Below are positions 25,501 through 35,695 of a DNA stretch of 39,361 nucleotides, one piece after another (the first letter of the stretch is position 1; every line of letters begins with the position of its first letter). The stretch is from Chiloscyllium plagiosum (taxonomy: Eukaryota): positions 9,689,033-9,728,393 of the forward strand of contig NC_057758.1 in assembly GCF_004010195.1 (NCBI RefSeq), read 5' to 3'. The notes under the pieces are model-generated. The model was not told the DNA's origin. It ran no database searches and worked only from the letters and a program-made list of their open reading frames with translations. The position numbers and the translations under genes are program-made.

Positions 25501-28500
25501 GCACAATGTGACAGGAAAGAACAAAAAGTTCCCAAAACCATCACCCAACTGTATTCCTACTATATTTACAACATTCTGAAACACCATGGCCGAGAGATTG
25601 AAAACCCCCGTGGTGTGTTACTGAAGCTCGGTGAGATGGCCTTCAAAGGAATCTCTGAGAAAAAGATTGTCTTTAGAAATGGAGAGTTGATCCAATACGA
25701 TCTACAACCTTCTCAGTTCCTGTCTGGGTTCCTGATGGAACTTTTGGAGAGAGATGATTCAGTCCAGAGTGTGATTTACACATTCCCACACCTCACCATC
25801 CAAGAGTTTGTAGCTGCACTTGCACAATTCCTGACTCCAGATCCCACGGACATTCAGAAACTCCTCAGCATTGCTTACAGTGAGGCAGATGGCCGTTATC
25901 AGATATTTCTCCGTTTTGTTATTGGTCTGACCTCCCCACAGTCAGCTTGCCCCCTGGAGGAATTTCTGGGTCCATTTCTTCATCAGACAACCTGCCGAGT
26001 GATTGACTGGGTGAAGGAGATGGCTGAAGGACAGGTTCGAAATACAAGGAGCAACACTGGTAAAAGGGACTTTCTGAACATATTGCAGTACCTCTTTGAA
26101 TCTCAGAATAAAGCATTAGTTTGGACCACAGTGAGATCCATGGAAACACTCGCATTTAGTAGATTGCAACTGACACCAGTTGACTGCTTTGTTCTGTCAC
26201 ATGTCATTGGACTATGTGAAACAATAAAACTTCTTGATCTCGAGAACTGTTATATTCAGCATGAAGGACTGCAGCGACTGGCCTCAGTACTGTACAAATG
26301 CAGGGAGCTGAGGTAAGTTTTTTTTTACTCTTTCGGATAAGTTGTAGAGCAATCATGTGATGTTCATTTTCCTTCTCCATGGATACATTTTACTGAAAGC
26401 AGAGGGAAACAGATTGAGCACAAATATAACCCATGTAAAACAATCAGTTTGTAACTCGGTTCATAACTGAACATGTGAAGCTGATTTTTCAGAACAATTA
26501 GAAAGTTTGCCCGAAAGGCAATGAACCATTTAAATTAAATTGTATTAAGTACAGTTGAAAAATGGACAGGAAATAGGAATATTACATGGCTGAATAACAA
26601 TTAATTTAAAATATATTCCACATCTCCGATTTTAAGTAGAAACAATGGGAACATAACATTATAAAATGGTTTGATATTTATTGCAGTGTTTTTAATTGTC
26701 TTGTTGGAAGAGTGAGGGGGGTGAGGGCTAAAAAGAGAAAGCGATGGCCTAGTGATATTATTATTTGACTGTTAACCCAAAGATGCAGATAATATATGGG
26801 AGACCCAGCTTCAAATCACACCATGGCAGATGTTGGAATTTGCATTAAATAAATATCTGGAATTAAAGAGCTTAATGATGACCATAAGTCCATTGTTGAT
26901 CATCAGAAAACTCCTCTACTCCACTAATGTCCTTTCGGAAAAGAGACTGCCGCCCTTACCCGCTCTGCTGTACACGTGACTTCAGACCCACAGCAATGTG
27001 GGTAACTCTTAACTCTCCTCTAGGCAATAAATGATAGTCCAGCCAGTGACACCCAAATTCTGTAAATGAATAAAGAACAATTATTGGGAAAATATGACAA
27101 GTTTCAGCTCTAAGTCTATATAATTATTGAATTTATTTACTTTTCTAAACTAAAATACATTTGGGAGTTTTAAGTATACAGGTATAATGGCTCATGATGC
27201 ATTGTCCCAGGATTTCAGACGTACACCAGCTAGCATTGGAGCCTCATGCATTGTGAGTATATACTGACCAGAATGGGGAAGTGAATCTGGCAATCACCCT
27301 TTATCCAGACCTGCATGTGAGATGCTGATCACACAGGCAACTTCTGAAAATTTCCCAATAACTGTCAAGACAGCTGTACCCGAAATACATGTATAACCAT
27401 TCTAATGGGACCAGAATAACATTGTCCTGATGCAGTTTTGAACTTGCGGAACTGGGCACATTTAAAACACATACTGGGAAAATGAACAACCTTGTAAGAT
27501 AAAATCCTCAATAATAATCTTGAAGCAACAGTTTGCTCCATTTCTCAAAGTAACACAAGCCTCAGTCATTTTAAAGGTCAAATACTTTTTATAATTAAAT
27601 TCAGAGATGCTCACGTGACCCAATAAATCTACTATTTAAGGAGCAACAGATATTGTTACATTGTTGCCGATGTGAAAACTGAGTCACAATTAAGTAGAAT
27701 GAATGGCTTTGAGGTATGTAGGGAAGAGGTGTTGGAAATTCTGGAAAGGGTGAAAATAGATAAGTCCCCTGGGCCTGATGGCATTTATCCTAGGATTCTC
27801 TGGGAAGCAAGGGAGGAGATTGCAGAGCCATTGGCCTTGATTTTTATGCCCTCTTTGTCTACAGGAGTAGCCCCAGAAGACTGGAGGATAGCAAATGTGG
27901 CTCCCTTGTTCAAAAAGGGGAGTAGGGATAACCCCAGTAACTATAGGCCNNNNNNNNNNNNNNNNNNNNNNNNNNNNNNNNNNNNNNNNNNNNNNNNNNN
28001 NNNNNNNNNNNNNNNNNNNNNNNNNNNNNNNNNNNNNNNNNNNNNNNNNNNNNNNNNNNNNNNNNNNNNNNNNNNNNNNNNNNNNNNNNNNNNNNNNNNN
28101 NNNNNNNNNNNNNNNNNNNNNNNNNNNNNNNNNNNNNNNNNNNNNNNNNNNNNNNNNNNNNNNNNNNNNNNNNNNNNNNNNNNNNNNNNNNNNNNNNNNN
28201 NNNNNNNNNNNNNNNNNNNNNNNNNNNNNNNNNNNNNNNNNNNNNNNNNNNNNNNNNNNNNNNNNNNNNNNNNNNNNNNNNNNNNNNNNNNNNNNNNNNN
28301 NNNNNNNNNNNNNNNNNNNNNNNNNNNNNNNNNNNNNNNNNNNNNNNNNNNNNNNNNNNNNNNNNNNNNNNNNNNNNNNNNNNNNNNNNNNNNNNNNNNN
28401 NNNNNNNNNNNNNNNNNNNNNNNNNNNNNNNNNNNNNNNNNNNNNNNNNNNNNNNNNNNNNNNNNNNNNNNNNNNNNNNNNNNNNNNNNNNNNNNNNNNN

Positions 28501-31244
28501 NNNNNNNNNNNNNNNNNNNNNNNNNNNNNNNNNNNNNNNNNNNNNNNNNNNNNNNNNNNNNNNNNNNNNNNNNNNNNNNNNNNNNNNNNNNNNNNNNNNN
28601 NNNNNNNNNNNNNNNNNNNNNNNNNNNNNNNNNNNNNNNNNNNNNNNNNNNNNNNNNNNNNNNNNNNNNNNNNNNNNNNNNNNNNNNNNNNNNNNNNNNN
28701 NNNNNNNNNNNNNNNNNNNNNNNNNNNNNNNNNNNNNNNNNNNNNNNNNNNNNNNNNNNNNNNNNNNNNNNNNNNNNNNNNNNNNNNNNNNNNNNNNNNN
28801 NNNNNNNNNNNNNNNNNNNNNNNNNNNNNNNNNNNNNNNNNNNNNNNGGTTGACAGTGAGAATCTTTTTCCACGTATGGAGTCAGCTATTACGAGGGGGC
28901 ATAGCTTTAAATTAAGGGGGGGGGGGGTAGTTATAGGACAGATGTTAGGGGTAGGTTCTTTACTCAGCGAGTTGTGAGTTCATGGAATGCCCTGCCAGCA
29001 GCAGTGGTGGACTCTCCCTCTTTATGGGCATTTAAGCGGGCATTGGATAGGCATATGGAGGATAGTGGGCTAGTGTGGGTTAGGTGGGCTTGGATCGGCG
29101 CTACATCGAGGGCCGAAGGGCCTGTACTGCGCTGTATTCTTCTATGTTCTATGTTAAACATGTCTGTGAACAATGCAGGCATCGGTCACCAAAGCGCAAT
29201 GAACTCTGTCTGCTCAAGGAGATAAAGTTTGGTCATAGGAAATCATACTGGACTGAAGGATATTAAACAACTTCACATGGACAGGACAATATGATGAAAC
29301 GCTGTCATAGATGGTGCTTGAACATTTTGAGAACTGAACAGCATAGAATAGTTCGTCATTGACATGAAAATCTGAGTATTAATTTCCTTAAGTTTGTTCA
29401 ATGTTTTACAGCTGAGAGCAAAATAACATCAGAGGCAGAATTTCATTCACAGTGTTTCTCATTATTTCTTTGCATTTAGATTGAGGAACAATGATCTGGG
29501 GAATCCAGCAGTGAAACTGTTGTCTGAAGCACTGAGGAGCTCAGATTGTCAAATAGAAAAACTGCAGTAAGCATCAAATTGTGTATGATTTTTCCGAAGC
29601 AGGAAATCTAATAATGTGCATTATCACCAGTTGGAATGTTATTAATAGCTACTGCCCATCATTCTTAACATCTGAATTCCATTCTGTCCATCTGTATTAG
29701 TATCAATAATAATGTTAACAATAAACACCAAGGACGTACACTTCTGTTATTCCTATCTGTTTTGATCACTAGGCTGAATGATAATGACCTCACCGCTTCC
29801 TGTGCCCAGGATCTTGCCTCAGCTCTCAGTACAAACCAGTCATTGATAAGTCTGAATCTGGGTGAAAATAAATTAGGAGATTTTGGAGTAAAACAACTGT
29901 TTGGGGTTCTGAGGAATGTGAACTGCAAACTGCAGGAACTGGTGTAAGTACCAGACAGAGAGATTGTATTAAGAATAACTGGAGGTCTAACACTAAGCAT
30001 TATTATCATTATGAATCATAAAGTTTTGAGCAAACAATCGGAATTATCCTAATTTATGTTATTTGTTTCTCTCGCTCTCCATTACCCTCTCTTCCCAACC
30101 CTCCATATTCCCAGGCTGCATGATAATCATCTCTCACATTCTTGTATTGAAGATCTCACCTACGCACTCATTACAAATCAGTCATTGACTGTTCTAAACC
30201 TTGGTAACAATAAACTGGGAGATACAGGAGTGAAACTGCTAAGTGTGGCATTGAATAACCCAACTTGCAAAATTCTGGAACTGGGGTAAGAATGACAATT
30301 TGTTCTTGTGTTTATCTTCTCTAATAGAATCGTACGGGAATCCCTGGGTGGATCCAATACCACTCTTGTTCCTTTTTATTGTTAGTCTAAGCTACTGATC
30401 CTAAGGATGGCCACATTAGGTCTTTGTTCAAGGAAAGGCTCAATTGTGATAAACAAATGGAATTGTAACTTGGTACTTAATAGCTCATCACAAATAATGA
30501 AAATAAAAAAGAATCTGAGGTAATACGTCAGGCTATACTTCAAAGTACACCAGCTTCTACTGAAGCATTATGGTTACAGCTTAGAAACAACTAACAGCTA
30601 GATAGCTGCTCCCAGGAACAAAGTTAAAAATCTGGCAACACTAGATTATAATCCAACAGGTTTAATTGGAAGCACTAGCTTTTGGCGCACTGCTCCTTCA
30701 TTAGGTTGTTGTGAGCCTGGTGTTCTGTGATCCCATTGGTGTTTTTAGATAACCATTGGGAGTTTTGTCTAAATCTTGCTATTATTCATGTTTTCTCTCT
30801 CTCTCTCCTTCTGGTGTGTAGTCTGTGGGGTGCCAGTCTCTCAGATTCTTGTACTAAGGATCTTGCATGTGCTCTCAGTACAAACCAGACACTGACCACT
30901 CTGAAATTGGGAACGAATCTCTTCACAGACCAATCTGTCCCAGCCATCAGCCATCTCATTCTGAACTGCAGGAGTTTGGAGCGGATTGAGTGAGTCTTTA
31001 TAACGTTCAATGTAATGAATAACATATAAGTAGGATTCATTCTCTTCTGGACTGTATTTGTTTGTAGTTATTGTTGAAGTATTAACCCATATTTTTCTTT
31101 TCTTGACTGTTTAGCTCCCTAGTTTTAATTCCTAAAACATCTTTAATCTGTTTCAGACTGTGGGAAAACCAATTCACTCCAACTGGAAAGAGACACCTAG
31201 AGTCAATGCGGGAATCCAGGCGCAAACTGAAGGTGGTCGTGTGA
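1353..31244 (+). CDS. Multi-exon NOD-like receptor (N-terminal helical/death-fold-like domain + FISNA-like + NACHT + LRR; 'NLRP3/NLRC3-like' elasmobranch type), ~933 aa
   Basis: Joined exons 1353-1502, 7478-7649, 7747-7812, 24584-26312, 29480-29566, 29773-29943, 30115-30285, 30822-30989, 31157-31244. All introns are GT-AG with matching phases; total 2802 nt, open to TGA at 31242-31244. The true start codon may lie in an upstream exon. Confidence 0.9.
1772..2424 (-). mobile_element. Solo-LTR-like repeat, copy 1
   Basis: Begins TGTTATGGACCAGGCCAGACC and ends ...atattgtca; non-coding; homologous to 14013-15590, 33012-33505 and 35122-35695. Confidence 0.65.
2425..3916 (+). mobile_element. Long CR1 LINE: ORF1 SGNH-esterase domain, start of ORF2 APE endonuclease, assembly gap, 3' tail
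   Basis: VIGDSIVRG (2508-2534), VCCLPG, DGLYL; ORF2 start [13 protein letters not shown]...DVVAISETW; tail catctctatgactctatga follows the gap. Confidence 0.88.
3913..4478 (-). mobile_element. Penelope-like element RT fragment, inverted arm
   Basis: Minus ORF with [14 protein letters not shown]; reverse complement of ~4494-5051. Confidence 0.9.
4494..6051 (+). mobile_element. Penelope-like element (RT + GIY-YIG endonuclease + 3' pLTR), 5'-truncated and frameshifted
   Basis: [55 protein letters not shown]...RIHEH; hammerhead-like motif near the 3' end. Confidence 0.93.
5977..6014 (+). ncRNA. Degenerate minimal hammerhead ribozyme motif in PLE 3' end
   Basis: CA-CTGATGA-tGTTACC-tagtat-GGTGAC-TCAAC-GTC-TG; the expected GAAAC reads TCAAC, so probably inactive. 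Confidence 0.7.
6927..7226 (+). mobile_element. tRNA-derived V-SINE (HE1-like) with CR1-type tail
   Basis: A-box tggcacagtgg, B-box gggttcaattccc, V-domain gtgtggagtttgcacattctcc...gggtgctccagtttcctccc, tail gggccgaaaggcctgtttccacactgt. Confidence 0.88.
7478..7649 (+). CDS. NLR exon 2: second half of N-terminal domain ([57 protein letters not shown])
   Basis: Acceptor ttcttcacAG at 7476-7477, donor G|GTACAA at 7650; phase 0-1; amphipathic helical peptide. Confidence 0.85.
7747..7812 (+). CDS. NLR exon 3: 66-bp linker ([22 protein letters not shown])
   Basis: Acceptor tttttaaacAG at 7745-7746, donor AAAG|GTAAGA at 7813; phase 1-1, open frame. Confidence 0.8.
8240..8580 (-). mobile_element. 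Second tRNA-headed SINE family, degenerate copy
   Basis: Reverse complement aligns by eye with 26741-27075. Confidence 0.7.
9708..10600 (-). mobile_element. CR1 LINE fragment (RT to 3' tail), interrupted by a PLE-derived repeat (9915-9989) and a gap
   Basis: Minus ORFs [21 protein letters not shown]...SKFADDSKI and [14 protein letters not shown]; tail at 9708-9760. Confidence 0.88.
10905..14010 (+). mobile_element. Old non-LTR retrotransposon of a second lineage (APE + RT), split by a nested insertion
   Basis: APE remnants ([30 protein letters not shown]; resumes [25 protein letters not shown] at ~12800) and RT remnant [14 protein letters not shown]...LFTNDC...[13 protein letters not shown]. 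Confidence 0.75.
11645..12795 (-). mobile_element. Non-coding retroposon with 10-bp TSD and (ATTC)n tail; contains nested SINE (~11880-12150) and CR1 3' (~12158-12352) fragments
   Basis: ATGTACTTGA direct repeat at 11635-11644 and 12796-12805; minus-strand end ...tttcactgtactcaatcaagtacatgtaacAATAAAgc...ttcattcattca. Confidence 0.7.
14013..15590 (-). mobile_element. Solo-LTR-like repeat, copy 2, split by a CR1 insertion and truncated
   Basis: TGTTGTGGACCAGGTCAGACC at 14013; homology resumes at ~15405 (acaacatcccataaacacaccccttggcaaaaggtaaattcaaacacag). Confidence 0.65.
14173..15403 (+). mobile_element. CR1 LINE RT/3' fragment
   Basis: [48 protein letters not shown]; stops and frameshifts. 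Confidence 0.9.
16750..16990. repeat. Degenerate ~38-39-bp tandem minisatellite (~6 units, plus one more at ~17785-17815)
   Basis: Recurring gaaaccctgtacacacctggcaggatcctga(c)cactgt variants. Confidence 0.75.
16986..17785 (+). mobile_element. CR1 LINE 3' fragment
   Basis: [42 protein letters not shown]; tail ggactatgact. Confidence 0.88.
18341..18656 (-). mobile_element. tRNA-derived V-SINE (HE1-like), well preserved
   Basis: Reverse complement: gggcggcacggtggcacagtggttagcactgctgcctcacagcgccagagacctgggttcaattcccgcc...; homologous to 6927-7226. Confidence 0.9.
19677..19995 (-). mobile_element. PLE-derived repeat (family also at 9915-9989) with hammerhead-like motif at 19767-19804
   Basis: Shared aaagtgaggactgcagatgctggagat...ggaaaagc(a/g)cagcaggtcag; minus strand reads ATTC-CTGAAGA-aGGGC-tgat-GCCT-GAAAT-GTC-aatt. 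Confidence 0.7.
21964..21998 (-). ncRNA. Minimal type I hammerhead ribozyme motif (intact core)
   Basis: Minus strand CAC-CTGATGA-a-GGAGC-gtc-GCTCC-GAAA-GC-TA-GTG. Confidence 0.85.
22081..22115 (+). ncRNA. Minimal type I hammerhead ribozyme motif (intact core)
   Basis: CAC-CTGATGA-a-GGAGC-ggc-GCTCC-GAAA-GC-TA-GTG: stem I CAC/GTG, stem II GGAGC/GCTCC, palindromic AGCT stem III. Confidence 0.85.
23938..24255 (+). mobile_element. Rex1/Babar-like LINE 3' fragment inserted into CR1
   Basis: [46 protein letters not shown], then tail ...tcttagtacatatgacgatagtgaatcaaatcatcaaatcaa. Confidence 0.8.
24584..26312 (+). CDS. NLR exon 4: FISNA-like region, NACHT NTPase, HD1/WHD/HD2 and first LRR
   Basis: Lies within the 599-aa ORF. 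Walker A GVPGIGKT (24889-24912), Walker [12 protein letters not shown] (D at 25117), sensor-1 VLVTTR, winged-helix [12 protein letters not shown]. Acceptor ttacAG at 24582-24583, donor AG|GTAAGT at 26313. Confidence 0.97.
26741..27075 (+). mobile_element. Second tRNA-headed SINE family copy
   Basis: A-box-like tggcctagtga, B-box-like gcttcaaatc, body cttacccgctctg...gtgacttcagacccacagcaatgtgg, A-rich end gaataaag. Confidence 0.72.
27685..29155 (+). mobile_element. CR1 LINE ORF2 fragment spanning an assembly gap
   Basis: [14 protein letters not shown]...[26 protein letters not shown]; after the gap, [14 protein letters not shown] and (tctatgt)n tail. Confidence 0.92.
29480..29566 (+). CDS. 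NLR exon 5: single LRR ([29 protein letters not shown])
   Basis: 87 bp, phase 2-2, tttAG acceptor and GTAAGC donor; RI-type LRR. Confidence 0.9.
29773..29943 (+). CDS. NLR exon 6: double LRR
   Basis: 171 bp, phase 2-2 ([42 protein letters not shown]...), GTAAGT donor. Confidence 0.93.
30115..30285 (+). CDS. NLR exon 7: double LRR
   Basis: 171 bp, phase 2-2 ([42 protein letters not shown]...), long pyrimidine tract + cccAG acceptor, GTAAGA donor. Confidence 0.93.
30621..30714 (-). mobile_element. Single-arm degenerate copy of the hammerhead-bearing element, in NLR intron 7
   Basis: gttaaaaatc...ccaacaggtttaattggaagcactagc...gctccttcattagg; minus-strand core mutated (CTAATGA; GAAA reads AAAA). 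Confidence 0.8.
30822..30989 (+). CDS. NLR exon 8: double LRR
   Basis: 168 bp, phase 2-2 ([55 protein letters not shown]), GTGAGT donor. Confidence 0.92.
31157..31244 (+). CDS. NLR exon 9: terminal LRR cap ([28 protein letters not shown])
   Basis: tttcAG acceptor at 31155-31156, phase 2 entry, TGA at 31242-31244. Confidence 0.88.
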
Positions 31245-31324
31245 ACATTTCACTTTATAACAACTGTGCTGTCAATAATTTTACTGTGCTAGAAGACCCA
31301 TGTCCGTGTTCCTGGATCAGAACA

Positions 31325-33012
31325 TGATGTGCTGTATGTGCATTTCAGCAAGGCGTTCGATAAGGTTCCCCACAGTAGGCTATTGTACAAAATGCGGAGG
31401 AATGGGATTGTGGGAGACATAGCAGTTTGGAGCAGTAATTGGCTTGCTGAAAGAAGACAGAGGGTGGTGGCTGATGGGAAATGTTCATCCTGGAGACCAG
31501 TTCCCAGTGGTGTACCACAAGGGTCGGTGTTGGGTCCACTGCTGTTCATCATTTTTATAAACTACCTGGATGAGGGCGTAAAAGGGTGGGTTAGTAAATT
31601 TGCAGATGACACGAAGGACGGTGGAGTTGTGGATAGTAACGAAGGATGTTGTAGGTTACAGAGAGACATAGATAAGCTACAGAGCTGGGCTGAGAGTTGG
31701 CAAATGGAGTTTAATGCGGACAAGCGTGAGGTGATTCACTTTGGTCGGAGTAACCGAAAGCAAAGTACTGGCCTAATCATCAGATTCTTGGTAGTGTAGA
31801 TGAGCAGAGAGATCTCGATGTCCAGGTACACAGATCCTTGAAAGTTACCACCCTGGTTGACAGGGTTGTTAAGAAGGCATACAGTGTTTTAGCTTTTATT
31901 AATAGAGGGATCGAGTTCCGGAACCATGAGGTTATGCTGCAGCTGTACATAACTCTGGTACGGCCACACTTGGAGTATTGTGTACAGTTCTGGTCACCGC
32001 ATTATAAGAAAGAGTTAAACTTTGGAAAGGGTGCAAAGGAGATTTACTAGGATGTTGCCTGGTATGGAAGGAAGGTCTTACGAGGAAAGGCTGAGGGACT
32101 TGAGGCTGTTTTCATTAGAGAGAAGAAGGTTGAGAGGTGACGTAACAGAGACATATAAGATAATCAGAGGGTTAGATAGGGTGGACAGGGAGAGCCTTTT
32201 TCCAAGTACGGGGACGGTGAGCATGAGGGGGCATAGCTTTAAATTGAGGGGTGATAGATATAGGACAGATGTCAGAGGTAGTTTCTTTACTCAGAGAGTA
32301 GCAAGGGTATGGAATGCTTTGCCTGCAACGGTAGTAAATTCGCCAACTTTAAGTACATTTAAGTCTTCATTGGACAAGCATATGGATGTACGTGGAGTAG
32401 TGTAGGTTAGATGGGGTTCAGATTGGTATGACAGGTCGGTGCAACATCGAGGGCCGAAGGGCCTGTACTGCGCTGTAATGTTCTATGTTTTATGTGTTCA
32501 GTTTTGGTCGTCTTGGTATAGGAAGCATATTATTAAATTGGAAAGAGTGCAAAAGAAATTTATCAGGATTTTGCCAGGACTCAAATGTCTGAGTTATAGG
32601 GAGAAATTAGACAAGCTAGGATTTTTTTCTTTACAGCGTAGTAGGAGACTGAGGGGGTGTGGGTATCTCCTAGAAGTGTATAAGATCAATAGAGGCATGG
32701 ATAGGATGAATGCAGTCTTTTTCTCAAATCAAAGACTTGAGGGCATCAGTTTAAGATTAGAGAGGAAAGAATAAAAGGGAACCTGAAGGGCAACATTTTT
32801 ACCGAGGATCGTACACATATGGAAGGAGCTGCCAGAGGCGTGTACACAAACAACATTTAAAAGGCATTTGGAGAAATACATGGATAGTAAAGGATTACAA
32901 GGATATGGGCCAAGTGCATGGAAATGGGGTTAGCATTCATGGACATTTTGGTCAGTGTTGGTTGTTTCGGGCCAAAGGGCCTGTCTCCCTGATGTAGGAC
33001 CCTATGACTCTA
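31325..33012 (+). mobile_element. Two adjacent CR1 fragments (31325-32492, 32493-33012) starting ~80 bp after the NLR stop codon
   Basis: [46 protein letters not shown]; two 3' tails. Confidence 0.92.
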
Positions 33013-33505
33013 AGATAGCCAAGACCCGAACTTTTTCTTATTTGAGGGGTGAATGTGATGTGCTGTGTTCCAGATACAAAACTAAACAGAGTAATAGATT
33101 GTTTTACTACTAAACAGTTACTGTTTCAATATTGTAACATCCCATAAACACACCATTGGCAAAAGGCAAATTCCCAAAACAGATTAGCTCAGATGCAGTT
33201 CTCCAATCCAGGAGGAAAGAACATGAAAAGACAATTTTGAGATAAAACTCAGCGTATCAGCTGAGAGATAATCACTGCTGTCAACACTCCTGAGATTCCA
33301 TCAACAACTGCTGAAAGCTAAATAAAAATCGTTGATCTGAGATACCTTGACAACACCCACTCAGTCTGCTTCTGTTGTTCCAACTTTAAGTAAACACCCC
33401 AACACCTCAAGTTGTTTATCTTCTCAAGAGACTACTCTCCACCTGTCCTCCTCCAATCCACCTTTTAAATGGAGCCCGGACAAAACATACCACAGGCTCA
33501 TCACA
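33012..33505 (-). mobile_element. Solo-LTR-like repeat, copy 3 (diverged, left end lost)
   Basis: aacatcccataaacacaccattggcaaaaggcaaattc; ends ...catcaca. Confidence 0.6.
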
Positions 33506-34430
33506 CTTGTGAGTCACTACCTCTAATTTTATTAAAATGCTATAAGTAAACACCACAAATGTTTCTTTCCTGTATGACATGTGTTACATGCTTGTATTTA
33601 CATATTTTATTATTTACTTTAACTTTCTCAAATTGAACTTGTTACAATGCTGGCCATATATTCTTTAAGGGTGTTTTGTTCATTGAAACAGGTTAATTCT
33701 AGTTCTGGTTAATGCTCATCCGTGCTTGGCATTTGTTCTCATTGTGGCTTTGGATAAGTGGTTTAGTGAGAGCAAAGTGTTGCAGATGCTGCAAGTCTAC
33801 AATTAAAAAATAATACACAGCAAACAGTCTACTCCAATTAACTGTTGCAAAAATATTTGCATCATCTATAACTACAGGTGAGGTGCCTGATGACTGGAGG
33901 GTGACTCATCGTGTACCTTTGTTTAAGAAAGATTGTCAGGAGAAACCGGGGACCTATGGACCAGTGAGTCTGACTTCAGTTGTGGGTAAATGCTTGGAGG
34001 TGATCCTAAAAGATAGGATTTATGAATATTTAGAGAGAGGCAAAAAATGATTTGGGATGGTCAGCATGGTTTTGTGCAAGGAACATCATGTCTCACAAAA
34101 TTGATTGAATTTTTTGAGGAAATTACCAAAAAGATTGATGGGAGAGCAGTATTTTATTTGTTGTTTATTTGGATTTTAATCAGGCTTTTTGACAAGGTTC
34201 CGCATGATAGAATAATCAGCAAAATGAGGTAATGTGGGATCCAGGATGACCTTGCCAATTAGATACATAATTGGTCAAAGACAGAGTAATAATGGAGGGT
34301 TGCTTTTCAGACTGTAGGCCCATGACCAGCAGTGTTCCACAAGAATCTAGGTTCTCTTCTGCTTGACATTTATATAAATGATTTGGATGAGAAAGCATGG
34401 TTAGTAAGTTTGTGGATGACACCAAAATTA

Positions 34431-34632
34431 GTTAAAAATCACACAACACCAGGTTTAATTGGAAGCACACCAGCTTTCGGAGCGTCGGTCCTTCATCAAG
34501 TGATAGTGATCACCTGATGAAGGAGAGACGATCCGAAAGTTAGTGTGCTTCCAATTAAACCTGTTGGACTATAATTTGGTGTTGTGTGATTTTTTTCAAC
34601 TTTGTACACCCCAGTCCATCTCCAAATCATGG
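34431..34632. mobile_element. Second palindromic hammerhead-bearing element with TSD
   Basis: CCAAAATTAGT repeated at 34422-34432 and 34633-34643; + strand motif CAC-CTGATGA-aGGAgagacgaTCC-GAAA-GT-TA-GTG at 34511-34545; minus-strand core reads TTGATGA. Confidence 0.88.
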
Positions 34633-35121
34633 CCAAAATTAGTGGCATAGTAGACAGTGAAGAAGGTGTTCAAAGATTACAGAGGGACCTCGATCAAATG
34701 GTTCAATACTGAAAAAATCTGTATAGATGTGAGATATTGCATTTTGATTCAACAAACAAGGCTAGGGCATGTACAATTAATCGTAGTGCCCTGGGTAGTG
34801 TTGTAGAAGAGAAGGACCCCAGCGGTGCAGGTACACAATTCTTTGAAGTTTGCATCAGATACAAACAGGGTGGTCAGAAAGAGGTTTGACACACCACTTT
34901 ATTTCTTGGTCCTTTGAGTATAGGAGTTGGGAAGTCATGTTGAGGTTGTACGGGACATTGGTGAGGCCTTTTCTGGAATATTGTGTCCAGTTCTGGTTAC
35001 CCTGTCGTAGGAAGTACATTATCAAGCTGGACAGAGTTCAGAAGAGATTTACCAGGATGTTGCTGGGTAAGGAAGGTTTGAATTATAAAGAAAGGCTGGA
35101 TAGGCTGGGACTTTGCTCACT

Positions 35122-35695
35122 TGTTATGGACCCGGCCAGACCCTTCAAAATATTTTAAGAAGATTGCCTAGACCCTAACTTTTCTTATCTTAAAGGCAGA
35201 TGTGAAGTGGATTTTCCAGGTGTGATGCAGCTGGCCAGACCATTCAGATTTAAGCAAAACCGAATTTATTTAAAGACTGCAATTGAAATGCGAACAAAAC
35301 AAAATGGACTTAAGTATTTGAAAACATAACAGACGTAATGCAGTAACTATTATTAATTAACAGCTTCTGTACAGCAACATCCCACAAACATACCTCTTGG
35401 CAAAAAAGTCAATTCAAACACAGATTCTTACTGGCAGGAGGGAATAACATCCAAAGAGATTTCAGAAGAAGGTCAAAGGAGTTCTTTACTGAAGCTTGCC
35501 AACTCCCCTCGACTTGCACATCTTGACAACTGCTACAGCTGAAACAAACTAGAAAAACCTGCACTGGGAGAACTGGACACTCCCTTTCCATTGTTAATCC
35601 AGCCTCTTCCTAGATTCTTTGACACCGATGCATTTTTGACCTCTCCGGGAAAAAAAGGACAAAATAACCTTTTTAAAGTGAGAACATCGTCTCGC
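35122..35695 (-). mobile_element. Solo-LTR-like repeat, copy 4, inserted in CR1
   Basis: TGTTATGGACCCGGCCAGACC start; interrupts CR1 between ...tcact and ggagtgtag; minus-strand AATAAA at 35265-35270. Confidence 0.7.

Noticed and set aside
3076..28977. Long ORFs containing X runs (3076-3936, 9866-10458, 27672-28977)
   Set aside because: Artefacts of translating through N gaps.
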